Below, piece by piece: positions 25,401-39,235 of a DNA stretch of 64,000 nucleotides. The position numbers were made by a program, and so were the translations under genes. How positions within the stretch are numbered: the first letter of the stretch is position 1; every line of letters begins with the position of its first letter. This stretch comes from Owenia fusiformis (taxonomy: Eukaryota), in NCBI GenBank assembly GCA_903813345.2, contig CAIIXF020000001.1, positions 27,776,001-27,840,000 on the forward strand, given 5' to 3'. The notes below the pieces were generated by a model that was not told where the DNA came from, ran no database searches, and was given only the letters and a program-made list of their open reading frames with translations.

Positions 25401-26269
25401 AATAAAAAGTGCAAGCAGTGATCAAAATATAATGACCATGCTTGGAAATAATATGATATAATATATGGCATTAACTTTAGTGTCGACAAAATTGTCAAAC
25501 AGTTTTTAAACTAAGGAATGTATGCGTTTAGTGATTTCCATTTAATATTTCACAGTGTTATTAATATATGTAGACGAAGAGGGATGCTGTTTTAAAAGCA
25601 TATGTCTATAAATAAAAAGTGCAAGCAGTGATCAAAATATAATGACCATGCTTGGAAATAATATGATATAATATATGGCATTAATTTTAGTGTCGACAAA
25701 ATTGTCAAACAGTTTTTAAACTAAGGAATGTATGCGTTTAGTGATTTCCATTTAATATTTCACAGTGTTATTAATATATGTAGACGAAGAGGGATGCTGT
25801 TTTAAAAGCATATGTCTATAAATAAAAAGTGCAAGCAGTGATCAAAATATAATGACCATGCTTGGAAATAATATGATATAATATATGGCATTAATTTTAG
25901 TGTCGACAAAATTGTCAAACAGTTTTTAAACTAAGGAATGTATGCGTTTAGTGATTTCCATTTAATCTTTCACAATGTTATTAGTATATGTAGACGAAGA
26001 GGGATGCTGTTTTAAAAGCATATGTCTATAAATAAAAAGTGCAAGCAGTGATCAAAATATAATGACCATGCTTGGAAATAATATGATATAATATATGGCA
26101 TTAATTTTAGTGTCGACAAAATTGTCAAACAGTTTTTAAACTAAGGAATGTATGCGTTTAGTGATTTCCATTTAATATTTCACAGTGTTATTAATATATG
26201 TAGACGAAGAGGGATGCTATCTTAAAAGCATATGTCTATAAATAAAAAGTGCAAGCAGTGATCAAAATA

Positions 26270-26413
26270 CAGTGTGTCCCAAAAAAAAGGAAACCGGCAA
26301 TAGATTGCTTATTTCTCAAATATGAATAACAATAGGAAAATTCTTAGCTACCATCTGATAGGTTATGATGTCCTTTTTCTTATGATACCAAAGGTGTTTA
26401 TTTTTCTTCACGG
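26270..26413 (+). mobile_element. Truncated left TIR of the 29726-30734 element
   Basis: 144 bp nearly identical to 29726-29869, at the same TA position within the satellite unit. Confidence 0.9.
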
Positions 26414-29400
26414 TGTCGACAAAATTGTCAAAGAGTTTTTAAACTAAGGAATGCATGCGTTTAGTGATTTCCATTTAATATTTCACAGTGTTTTTAGCAT
26501 TGATATATGTAGACGATGCTGTTTTAAAAGCATATGTCTATAAATAAAAAGTATGCAAGCAGTGATCAAAATATAATGACCATGCTTGGAGATAATATAA
26601 AACGGGGTATGGCATAAATTTTAGTGTCGACAAAATTGTCAAACAGTTTTTAAACTAAGGAATGTATGCGTTTAGTGATTTCCATTTAATATTTCACAGT
26701 GTTATTAATATATGTAGACGAAGAGGGATGCTGTTTTAAAAGCATATGTCTATAAATAAAAAGTGCAAGCAGTGATCAAAATATAATGACCATGCTTGGA
26801 AATAATATGATATAATATATGGCATTAATTTTAGTGTCGACAAAATTGTCAAACAGTTTTTAAACTAAGGAATGTATGCGTTTAGTGATTTCCATTTAAT
26901 ATTTCACAGTGTTATTAATATATGTAGACGAAGGGGGATGCTGTTTTAAAAGCATATGTCTATAAATAAAAAGTGCAAGCAGTGATCAAAATATAATGAC
27001 CATGCTTGGAAATAATATGATATAATATATGGCATTAATTTTAGTGTCGACAAAATTGTCAAACAGTTTTTAAACTAAGGAATGCATGCGTTTAGTGATT
27101 TCCATTTAATATTTCACAGTGTTATTGATATATGTAGACGATGCTGTTTTAAAAGCATATGTCTATAAATAAAAAGTATGCAAGCAGTGATCAAAATATA
27201 ATGACCATGCTTGGAGATAATATAAAACGGGGTATGGCATAAATTTTAGTGTCGACAAAATTGTCAAACAGTTTTTAAACTAAGGAATGTATGCGTTTAG
27301 TGATTTCAATTTAACATTTCACAGTGTTATTAATATATGTAGACGAAGAGGGATGCTGTTTTAAAAGCATATGTCTATAAATAAAAAGTATGCAAGCAGT
27401 GATCAAAATATAATGACCATGCTTGGAAATAATATGATATAATATATGGCATTAATTTTAGTGTTGACAAAATTGTCAAACAGTTTTTAAACTAAGGTAT
27501 GCATGCGTTTAGTGATTTCCATTTAATATTTCACAGTGTTATTAATATATGTAGACGAACAGTGATGATGTTTTAGAAGCATATGTCTATATATAAAAAA
27601 TGTGCAAGCAGTTATCAAAATATAATGACCATGCTTGGAGATAATATGATATAATATATGGCATTAATGTTAGTGTCGACAAAAATGTCAAACAGTTTTT
27701 AAACTAAGGATGTATGCGTTTAGTGATTTCCATTTAATATTTCAAAGTGTTATTAATATATGTAGACTAAGAGGGATGCTGTTTTAAAAGCATATGTCTA
27801 TAAATAGAAAGTATGCAGGCAGTGATCAAAATATAATGACCATGCTTGTAGATAATATAAAACGGGGCATGGCATAAATTTTAATGTCGACAAAATTGTC
27901 AAACAGTTTTTAAACTAAGGAATGTATGCGTTTAGTGATTTCCATTTAATATTTCACAGTGTTATTAATATATGTAGACGAAGAGGGATGCTGTTTTAAA
28001 AGCATATGTCTATAAATAAAAAGTATGCAAGCAGTGATCAAAATATAATGACCATGCTTGGAGATAATATAAAACGGGGCATGGCATAAATGTTAGTGTC
28101 GACAAAATTGTCAAACAGTTTTTAAACTAAGGAATGTATGCGTTTAGTAATTTCCACTTAATCTTTCACAATGTTATTAGTATATGTAGACGAAGAGGGA
28201 TGCTGTTTTAAAAGCATATGTCTATAAATAAAAAGTGCAAGCAGTGATCAAAATATAATGACCATGCTTGGAAATATTATGATATAATATATGGCATTAA
28301 TTTTAGTGTCGACAAAATTGTCAAACAGTTTTTAAACTAAGGAATGTATGCGTTTAGTGATTTCCATTTAATCTTTCACAATGTTATTAGTATATGTAGA
28401 CGAAGAGGGATGCTGTTTTAAAAGCATATGTCTATAAATAAAAAGTGCAAGCAGTGATCAAAATATAATGACCAGGCTTGGAAATAATATGATATAATAT
28501 ATGGCATTAATTTTAGTGTCGACAAAATTGTCAAACAGTTTTTAAACTAAGGAATGTATGCGTTTAGTGATTTCCATTTAATCTTTCACAATGTTATCAG
28601 TATATGTAGACGAAGAGGGATGCTGTTTTAAAAGCATATGTCTATAAATAAAAAGTGCAAGCAGTGATCAAAATATAATGACCATGCTTGGAAATAATAT
28701 GATATAATATATGGCATTAATTTTAGTGTCGACAAAATTGTCAAACAGTTTTTAAACTAAGGAATGTATGCGTTTAGTGATTTCCATTTAATCTTTCACA
28801 ATGTTATTAGTATATGTAGACGAAGAGGGATGCTGTTTTAAAAGCATATGTCTATAAATAAAAAGTGCAAGCAGTGATCAAAATATAATGACCATGCTTG
28901 GAAATAATATGATATAATATATGGCATTAATTTTAGTGTCGACAAAATTGTCAAACAGTTTTTAAACTAAGGAATGTATGCGTTTAGTGATTTCCATTTA
29001 ATATTTCACAGTGTTATTAATATATGTAGACGAAGAGGGATGCTGTTTTAAAAGCATATGTCTATAAATAAAAAGTGCAAGCAGTGATCAAAATATAATG
29101 ACCATGCTTGGAAATAATATGATATAATATATGGCATTAATTTTAGTGTCGACAAAATTGTCAAACAGTTTTTAAACTAAGGAATGTATGCGTTTAGTGA
29201 TTTCCATTTAATATTTCACAGTGTTATTAATATATGTAGACGAAGAGGGATGCTGTTTTAAAAGCATATGTCTATAAATAAAAAGTGCAAGCAGTGATCA
29301 AAATATAATGACCATGCTTGGAAATAATATGATATAATATATGGCATTAATTTTAGTGTCGACAAAATTGTCAAACAGTTTTTAAACTAAGGAATGTATG

Positions 29401-29725
29401 CGTTTAGTGATTTCCATTTAATCTTTCACAATGTTATTAGTATATGTAGACGAAGAGGGATGCTGTTTTAAAAGCATATGTCTATAAATAAAAAGTGCAA
29501 GCAGTGATCAAAATATAATGACCATGCTTGGAAATAATATGATATAATATATGGCATTAATTTTAGTGTCGACAAAATTGTCAAACAGTTTTTAAACTAA
29601 GGAATGTATGCGTTTAGTGATTTCCATTTAATATTTCACAGTGTTATTAATATATGTAGACGAAGAGGGATGCTGTTTTAAAAGCATATGTCTATAAATA
29701 AAAAGTGCAAGCAGTGATCAAAATA

Positions 29726-30734
29726 CAGCGTGTCCCAAAAAAAAGGAAACCGGCAATAGATTGCTTATTTCTCAAATATGAATAACAATAGGAAAATTCT
29801 TAGCTACCATCTGATAGGTTATGATATCCTTTTTCTTATGATACCAAAGGTGTTTATTTTTCTTCACGGATGACTGAGTTCTAAGAGATTTAAGTGACCA
29901 TGTCAGAAATTGGTTTGTGCCACTTTTTCTGTCATGAATGGCTGAACAATGAGGGAGTAAAATGGCTATGCAAGACATTGTCCTATTCGAAATACACATT
30001 TCTGAACAAGCATTCAACATAGCAAGTTCATGAAGCTGACCCAAGATCAAAGAGTATTTGTAGTGCTCCTCATTGTCGGATTATCGTTTGGGACAGATTA
30101 AGGGCGCTGTTCAACAGAAGAGTGATTCCCTTGAACCACGAGATTGAGTTCATCGAGATCCCCAGACCTGACACCCTGCGACTTCTCCCTTTTTGGGTTA
30201 TCTCAAGGGTAAAGTCTTCACAACACCACCAAGAGACGTTGATGATCTAAGGGCCAGGATTGTTGCAGCAGTGGAGGATTTAAGGGGACAGAGAGACATC
30301 ATCGGGGATGCCGTATGTGCGATGAGATCAAGGGCAGACATTTGCATTGAAAGGAATGGGGGTCATGTTGAAGGACACTGGGGTTAAAACAACTTTGAAT
30401 GGACATTTGGATTTAAAAGGGGTGTTAAATATGATATGTGTAATTTCAATTGGAATAAATGAGTAAAAGAGTGATATCCTGATGTTTGTTGTTACTTATC
30501 ACTTTGTTATGATGGTGAAATTGACTTGGCTGAAAGTGGTACAAACTCATTTCTGACATGGTCACTTAAATCCCTTATAACTCAGTCATCCGTGAAGGAA
30601 AATAGACAACTTTGGTATCATAAGAAAGAGGACATCATAATCTATCAGATGGTAGCTGTGAAATGTTCTTATCAATATTCATATTTGAGAAATAAGCAAT
30701 CTATTGCTGGTTTCCTTTTTTTTGGGACAACCTG
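29726..30734 (+). mobile_element. Internally deleted Tc1/mariner-superfamily element, rosa/DD41D-like
   Basis: TA TSD, ~200-bp imperfect TIRs, N-terminal remnant MKLTQDQRVFVV and C-terminal RSPDLTPCDF..GYLKGKVF...CIERNGGHVE. The D-D spacing cannot be counted because the centre is deleted. Confidence 0.85.
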
Positions 30735-33405
30735 TATAATGACCATGCTTGGAAATAATATGATATAATATATGGCATTAATTTTAGTGTCGACAAAATT
30801 GTCAAACAGTTTTTAAACTAAGGAATGTATGCGTTTAGTGATTTCCATTTAATATTTCACAGTGTTATTAATATATGTAGACGAAGAGGGATGCTGTTTT
30901 AAAAGCATATGTCTATAAATAAAAAGTGCAAGCAGTGATCAAAATATAATGACCATGCTTGGAAATAATATGATATAATATATGGCATTAATTTTAGTGT
31001 CGACAAAATTGTCAAAGAGTTTTTAAACTAAGGAATGCATGCGTTTAGTGATTTCCATTTAATATTTCACAGTGTTTTTAGCATTGATATATGTAGACGA
31101 TGCTGTTTTAAAAGCATATGTCTATAAATAAAAAGTATGCAAGCAGTGATCAAAATATAATGACCATGCTTGGAGATAATATAAAACGGGGTATGGCATA
31201 AATTTTAGTGTCGACAAAATTGTCAAACAGTTTTTAAACTAAGGAATGTATGCGTTTAGTGATTTCCATTTAATATTTCACAGTGTTATTAATATATGTA
31301 GACGAAGAGGGATGCTGTTTTAAAAGCATATGTCTATAAATAAAAAGTGCAAGCAGTGATCAAAATATAATGACCATGCTTGGAAATAATATGATATAAT
31401 ATATGGCATTAATTTTAGTGTCGACAAAATTGTCAAACAGTTTTTAAACTAAGGAATGTATGCGTTTAGTGATTTCCATTTAATATTTCACAGTGTTATT
31501 AATATATGTAGACGAAGAGGGATGCTGTTTTAAAAGCATATGTCTATAAATAAAAAGTGCAAGCAGTGATCAAAATATAATGACCATGCTTGGAAATAAT
31601 ATGATATAATATATGGCATTAATTTTAGTGTCGACAAAATTGTCAAACAGTTTTTAAACTAAGGAATGCATGCGTTTAGTGATTTCCATTTAATATTTCA
31701 CAGTGTTATTGATATATGTAGACGATGCTGTTTTAAAAGCATATGTCTATAAATAAAAAGTATGCAAGCAGTGATCAAAATATAATGACCATGCTTGGAG
31801 ATAATATAAAACGGGGTATGGCATAAATTTTAGTGTCGACAAAATTGTCAAACAGTTTTTAAACTAAGGAATGTATGCGTTTAGTGATTTCCATTTAACA
31901 TTTCACAGTGTTATTAATATATGTAGACGAAGAGGGATGCTGTTTTAAAAGCATATGTCTATAAATAAAAAGTATGCAAGCAGTGATCAAAATATAATGA
32001 CCATGCTTGGAAATACTATGATATAATATATGGCATTAATTTTAGTGTCGACAAAATTGTCAAACAGTTTTTAAACTAAGGTATGCATGCGTTTAGTGAT
32101 TTCCATTTAATATTTCACAGTGTTATTAATATATGTAGACGAACAGTGATGATGTTTTAGAAGCATATGTCTATATATAAAAAATGTGCAAGCAGTTATC
32201 AAAATATAATGACCATGCTTGGAGATAATATGATATAATATATGGCATTAATGTTAGTGTCGACAAAAATGTCAAACAGTTTTTAAACTAAGGAATGTAT
32301 GCGTTTAGTGATTTCCATTTAATATTTCAAAGTGTTATTAATATATGTAGACTAAGAGGGATGCTGTTTTAAAAGCATATGTCTATAAATAGAAAGTATG
32401 CAGGCAGTGATCAAAATATAATGACCATGCTTGTAGATAATATAAAACGGGGCATGGCATAAATTTTAATGTCGACAAAATTGTCAAACAGTTTTTAAAC
32501 TAAGGAATGTATGCGTTTAGTGATTTCCATTTAATATTTCACAGTGTTATTAATATATGTAGACGAAGAGGGATGCTGTTTTAAAAGCATATGTCTATAA
32601 ATAAAAAGTATGCAAGCAGTGATCAAAATATAATGACCATGCTTGGAGATAATATAAAACGGGGCATGGCATAAATTTTAGTGTCGACAAAATTGTCAAA
32701 CAGTTTTTAAACTAAGGAATGTATGCGTTTAGTAATTTCCACTTAATCTTTCACAGTGTTATTAGTATTTGTAGACGAAGAGGGATGCTGTTTTAAAAGC
32801 ATATGTCTATAAATAAAAAGCGCAAGCAGTGATCAAAATATAATGACAATGCTTGGAAATAATATGATATAATATATGGCATTAATTTTAGTGTCGACAA
32901 AATTGTCAAACAGTTTTTAAACTAAGGAATGCATGCGTTTAGTGATATCCATTTAATATTTCACAGTGTTATTAATATATGTAGACGAAGAGGGATGCTG
33001 TTTTAAAAGCATATGTCTATAAATAAAAAGTATACAAGCAGTGATCAAAATATAATGACCATGCTTTGAGATAATATGATATAATATATGGCATTAATTT
33101 TAGTGTCGACAAAATTGTCAAACAGTTTTTAAACCAAGGAATGAATGCGTTTAGAAATTTCCATTTAATATTTCACAGTGTTATTAATATATGTAGACGA
33201 ACAGTGATGATGTTTGCATATTTCTATAAATAAAAAAATGTGCAAGCAGTGATCAAAATATAATGACCATGCTTGGAGACAATATAAAACGGGGCATGGC
33301 ATAAATTCTAGTGTCGACAAAATTGTCAAACAGTTTTTAAACTAAGGAATGTATATGCGTTTAGTAATTTCCACTTAATATTTCACAGTGTCTGTTATTA
33401 ATATA

Positions 33406-34469
33406 CAGGGTGGGCCAAAAAAATTTGCAACCTTTTTAGAAGGCAAAAAAAGTATCATAACATTATGGTATTGACATGAATTTTTTTTACAGAAACTTAA
33501 GGATAGGCATATTTTACCATTCAAATACTTAAGCTAATACTGACTTCAAATTTTTTTGTCAGATGTTTAAATATTAATGGTAAATTGTTTATGTGTCCGA
33601 GATTTACCGATTTTCCTAGAAAATGTGATTTTCTATAATTTTATGTGATCATCGATATCATTTGTTAAGTGGTGTATTGGGTGGCTATTCATCCGGACTA
33701 ATGAATCAAGGGGTATTTTGCTCCAGATATTCCATAGTGACTTTTGGCCTATGGTCAGGAGCACTATCCTGCTGGAATATGTAATCACTTGGGGCTGAAA
33801 GAGCCCCCATTCTTGAAAGATGTCCCTTTTGAAGAAGATTAGTCCTGAGTCGAATGGCCACCCAATACACCAGATGCCAACCCCTGGGACTATCACACAT
33901 GGGGGCACCTGGAGCAATGTATTGTAGTTAATGGTTATACCCCACAAATTATTGATCAACTATAAGAAGTTCTGCAGGATAAGTGGAGACGACTACCACA
34001 AGAACTGCTGGATCTCACCATTGACCAGTTCAGTTCTCGTCTCCATGTGATTGTGAAGGTGAAAGGCGGATGCATAGAACATTTGTTTAATAAATAATTA
34101 ATACAGTGTAACAATATTATCATAGTGACTAGATACTGATATAAACCTGTATATAGTACTAGACATTGGTTAAACAGTTATCAAAGATTGTAGCAGATTT
34201 AGTAAACATAATGAATGTGTTATTGTTGATCATATAAAATCATAGAAAGTCAGATTTTCTAGGAAAAATGGACTCGGACAAATGAACAATTTACCATTAA
34301 TATTCAAACATCTGACAAAAAAAATTGATGTCAGTATTAGCTTAAGTATTTGAATGGTAAAATATGCCTATCCTTAAGTTTCTGTAAAAAAAAATTCATG
34401 TCAATACCATAATGTTATGATACTTTTTTTGCCTTCTAAAAAGGTTGCAAAATTTTTTGGCCCACCCTG
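33406..34469 (+). mobile_element. Rearranged non-autonomous DD37D (maT-type) transposon
   Basis: TA TSD, ~245-bp TIRs starting CAGGGTGGGCCAAAAAA; transposase remnants YIFQQDSAPDH (minus strand) and WPPNTPDANPWDY...KGGCIEHLF (plus strand). Joining them gives 37 residues between the second and third Asp. Confidence 0.85.
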
Positions 34470-35303
34470 TATATAGACGAAGAGGGATCCTGTTTTAAAA
34501 GCATACTCGTATATCTATAAATAAAAGTATGCAAGCAGTGATCAAAATATAATGACCATGCTTGGAGATAATATGATATAAAATATGTCATTGTCAAACA
34601 GTTTTTAAACCATGGAATGTATGCGTTTAGTTATTTCCATTTAATATTTCACATGTAGAGCAAGAGTGATGCTGTTTCAAAAGCAAATGTCTGATACATA
34701 AATAATTATAAAAAATGGTATAATTTGAGTCACTTCTCGTTCCACTTGATAAATTCTGTTGATTTTAATATAGTCTAGGAATGCCTCGGCATAGACATAT
34801 AAATTGTATGATGTTTATATAAAAGGCGATTACAATAAAGCATCCAAGTGCGCCATGAAAACGTTCATCGCCTCATATCATTGTAATATATCTCAAAAAT
34901 CCAATTATTTTCAGGTCAAAATGATAAATAGTAAGCGTGTCAAGGCCTTCTCAAGGCTCCTATCATTAAAGGCACAGTGTATAGTTGAAAAACACAGTTT
35001 AATCATACATTATTTTTCATGACTTGATTTGATTTGAATTCCTACCATTTTAGATTAAGATTTTTAGATTATCAAATATTTTTTTTTAAAATCGTCAATT
35101 TCTTTATCGTGCAAATTAATTTCTTAATATGCTAACTTTCAGTATTGTTGGCCTATCTAGGTTGAAAAGGTTGAAAGATTTTATGATGATCTAAATACAT
35201 ATGTACCATTTGATTCAATGATAACTAAAACATTAAAATTATTTTTTCTCTGAACCATTTTTCTGCGCTTACTATTTCTTGTTTTGTTTTCAACCAATTG
35301 TCT

Positions 35304-35634
35304 CATACCTGCCAACCTACCGTATTTTTACGGGAATCTACCGTACAATTTTCGTTTTTCTGTAAAAAATGACAAACTACCGTAAAAGATTTACAGTTTT
35401 TTCCGTAAAAACGACCGTAAAAAATCTATCGTAATTTTACCGAAATCTACCGTAAAATATAACGTAAATATTTGAAAATCTGCCGTATTTCTGCTAGAAT
35501 TAAAAGTATTCTTGTTCGAACTACTGTAAAATCTACCGTTATTATTTGTAAATTTTGAAAAATTGAATTCTTCTCGCATTGCCCTTGTAATATTCCATTA
35601 CCAACCCGAAAATAAATAGGTGTCGGCAGGTCTG
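35304..35634. mobile_element. Possible hAT-like MITE
   Basis: Termini CATACCTGCCAAC / GTCGGCAGGTCTG and multiple internal CTACCGTA motifs; no TSD recognisable. Confidence 0.4.
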
Positions 35635-35861
35635 TGACAGTGGTTATTGCGTACTTAGTAAGTAACTTACTAAGTAAGCTGGCGTGTAATCAGTCAACAC
35701 TGGGGAGTATCGTGATGCAAAAACACAGTGTTCAACTACCACAGGTTCTACTGTAGTTATATAAACACTGAAGTGTTCAAATTGTTAGTCTGTTTATGAA
35801 ACAGTTCCATGCATGCTGTGTTAGAAAAACATACTTCATTATTTATTCATTGAAGTGTGTC

Positions 35862-37606
35862 AAAACCTTACAGCTCATACCATTTCAGAACCTCTTACCA
35901 TATTATTTAATAAACTTCTAACTAAATGCACTTATCCAGATATTTGGAAAATAGGCAATGTTTGTCCAATCTTTAAAAAAAAGATAAATCAAATGCTAAT
36001 AACTACAGACCTATCACTCTCCTAAGCTCCATATCCAAAGTTTTTGAAAAGGTTCTTGCTGACAGAATCAGAAAACACTTACTTGACAATGATCTTCGTT
36101 TTAAGTATCAGTCCGGATTTTTACCTAGTCATAGCACCATTCATCAACTTTTATCTATCGAGCATTTTCTTCAAACTACTTTTGAACAAGGACAAGCCTC
36201 CAAAACAATATTTTTGGACGTAGCCGCCGCTTTTGACCGGGTTCCGCACTCGTTACTCCTCCATAAACTAAAGGCGTATGGTTTTCAAGGTCAAATCCTT
36301 AAAATTATCACATCTTATCTTACCAACAGGAAAATTGCTGTTCAAATTTCTGGTGAGACCTCCAATTACTCAGAAACTAATTTTATAAACTGCGGTGTCC
36401 CACAGGGCTCAATACTAGGGCCAATACTTTTTCTAATATATATTAATGACCTTTCAGGCAATCTGGATGGTCATTGCTACATTTATGCAGATGATACCTC
36501 ATTACACCATCCTTTTGACCCAAAACAACCACAACAAATAGAAGCAGTGGTAAAATCCAATCTAATTGAAGTAGAAGAATGGTCTTACACTTGGAAACTT
36601 GATTTTAAACCGGAGAAGAGTTCCGAGATGATTTTCCACTCACCTAGAACAAAAACTGATAATGTGTCAACTTCAAAACTAAACAATATAGAAATCAAAA
36701 GAGATACCGAGCACAAACATTTAGGACTCATTTTTGACCCATGTTTATCTTATGATAAGCATATTGATGATTTACTAGTCAAAATAAGAAAAATGTTAAA
36801 CCCAATAAAGAAACTCAAATTCAAGCTTGGGAGCAAGCACCTAGAAACAATCTTCAACTCATTCATTCTTCCTCACTTTGATTATGGTGCCATTTTATAT
36901 GGTACAGCTTCTAAATTTCTTTTGCGAAGACTCGATAGTCTATATTACACTATGCTCTGCTAGATTTTCATCCTCAGCAATACCTTCTGCAATCTCAAAA
37001 TGCCTAGAGCTCCCCCCTTCTATTAAAACCAAGAAAACTCTTCATAATTTCAAAAAACATCAACGGCTTTTCCTCCAAAACCCCTTTAAAATTTTGACCA
37101 CAAGTCAACTCAATCTTTCTAGGCGGCATGAGGTAGTGGTAAGTAAAGTAAGAGCTGACTTATTTTTTAAAGCTCAATTTTATGCCCATAATTTTAACTC
37201 TGTTGACAGCCCTAATTGTGCTTGTGGCAGCTCTCAAACCTTAAAGCATATTCTTTTCCAGTGCAATCGCTTAACCTTAGTAAGACAGGATCTCTGGGAT
37301 AAACTTGCTGAATTAGAACCTTCTCTCGATAATAATCTTCCCCAGTATGATTTTATCTCCATTTTGAAAACAGGAAGCCCAAACTTAAGCATAGATGTAA
37401 ACTCTAAAGCCATTTCACTGATACTTGACTTCATTATAGACAATAGCTAATTCCCTCCCTCATGTCTCTTTCTCTGATATCCTGTTGTCTTATCACGTAA
37501 TTGAGAAAAAATGAGAAAATTTGGAGGTATTGGAAATAAAGTCAAGTTACGTTTCCATCAATATTGTAAGTTATTTCATCGCAGGTTAAGTAAATAAAAA
37601 TTCAAA
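35862..37606 (+). mobile_element. 5'-truncated, frameshifted non-LTR retrotransposon (CR1-group), reverse transcriptase pseudogene
   Basis: RT motifs NYRPITLL, QSGF, FLDVAAAFDRV, GVPQGSILGP, YADD, KHLG, and C-terminal CACG...HILFQC knuckle; frameshifts near 35980 and 36960; AATAAA near 37593. Confidence 0.9.
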
Positions 37607-38252
37607 CGTAAAGAGGCTTTTACATGTAGTTCAATGGGGGAGCTAAGGTTGCCAAACTTATGGAGGGGAGTTTATGTAAGCCGTATGCAGCAGCTAGCAG
37701 TTTTCTAGCACTACAAAGCAGTGTATTCATGAGCAGATCTGGAAAAAGTAAAATTAACATTTGAGCAGAATCCTACATGTCAGCAATATAAGCAGCTATA
37801 GTATATGAGGAGAGGGCAGCATTCTGTTTATATTTACACGAGCAGCTTTTCCGAGGACCTTGGACACCGTGTCTTCATACTCTGGACAAATAATTAGGAT
37901 TTTTGGGAGTTTGTTTGTTTGTTTTTTGAATATGATTGAAATTGAAATTGAAAATTGAAAATTGAAAATAATATGAAACTTTTCGATACCAGCCTGTGAT
38001 CTAACACTTAGACTAATTTCACAATTGAATTTACTCATCAAGAATCTAACGGAAATTGTATTTTACATCACATAATAGTTGGTAAAGGCTGATGTTTTCG
38101 GCAAACGAATGACTGGGTTGAAGCCAAATGTATGTTTAATGATTATATTGTAATAAGGGACACTTTAATATATCTATAATATAATCTTATATATATTATA
38201 TTGTGTTGTCTTTTATAAACGTTCATTTACGCATTTTAGAGGATATGTTCTA

Positions 38253-39235
38253 CAGGGTGGTCCAAAAAAAGTGAACCCCTGCAACAGGCTATATTTTCCT
38301 TAATACTTGCATAAATTGCCTCATATTATCACATGTTGTAGAGAAATGTCTAAAATTTTTGTTGATACAATAATTTATCCTCAGTCTTAAATTTTGAAGA
38401 AATTACAAGACTTAAACAAACATGCCTGAAAATTGGACTGTGCAGAATTTTACCATTGTAATTCGTGGAAATTGTCGAAACACGTAAGTTATTCTTAAAA
38501 CAGCTTTCAGTTAAAATACAAGTTTGAAACCCTACCATATGACATATGGGATACTATTTGAGCAGAAAACACATTTCACACGTTCATTGATCATTTTGAA
38601 GCAGTTTTAACTGTTCAACAGTTAAGGGGCATGTTACCCACACAAATGGTTAGAGGGGGACAAAGTTGCCCCCTGTGACCTAGAATCCGAGAAGCCCTTC
38701 ATCAAATAACTTTAGAAAATCAAAAGAAAATCTAATATTCAATGTTTTGAGCCATAATTCATTAGAATTGGTCCATGATTAATGAAGATATTGACATTTC
38801 AAGATCATATAGGGGTATGTTGCGATTTAACTGGAAAAAGTTTTCATCCATGGAAACTTAGAACATTTCTTTGGATCACAATATCTTTGCAACTATCAGA
38901 GGTAGGATGCTAGTTTTTATGCCATAATGTGCGCGATTCAAAACCAAACAAAGTTAAAAAATATTAGTTCATTTTGACTGCAGCTAATAAAATTATAAGT
39001 GAAAGGGTGTTGAAGGGTTTAAGAATTGAGGATGTTGAAAATCACATTTTATCCATTTTCAGTAACATTTGGTTAGGGCTTATAATTTCTGCAAATTGCA
39101 AGACTAAGAAAAATGCATGGTACCAACAAAAACTTAAGACCTTTCTCTACAACATGTGAAAATATGAAAGGATTCATGAAGGGAATAAGGGAAATATGGC
39201 CCGTTGCAGGGGTTCACTTTTTTTGGACCACCCTG
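38253..39235. mobile_element. Non-autonomous Tc1/mariner-type element (983 bp)
   Basis: TA-CAGGGTGGTCCAAAAAAAGTGAACCCCTGCAAC ... GTTGCAGGGGTTCACTTTTTTTGGACCACCCTG-TA: perfect 33-bp termini with longer imperfect IR; no coding remnant seen. Confidence 0.88.

Larger units (their letters stand above)
24224..34690. repeat. Satellite array, ~210-bp unit, roughly 39 copies, interrupted by three transposon-derived segments
   Basis: GCAAGCAGTGATCAAAATATAATGACCATGC recurs at 24781, 24991, 25201, 25411 etc.; one SalI site (GTCGAC) per unit; two main unit variants (AATATGATATAATATATGGC vs AATATAAAACGGGGCATGGC); degenerate at both edges. Confidence 0.97.

Noticed and set aside
29772..30768. Two similar ORFs on opposite strands (29772-30050 and 30526-30768)
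   Set aside because: They are translations of the two TIRs of one transposon, not genes.
35652..35676. Perfect 25-bp palindrome TACTTAGTAAGT-A-ACTTACTAAGTA
   Set aside because: Single, short and AT-rich with no associated feature; not interpretable.
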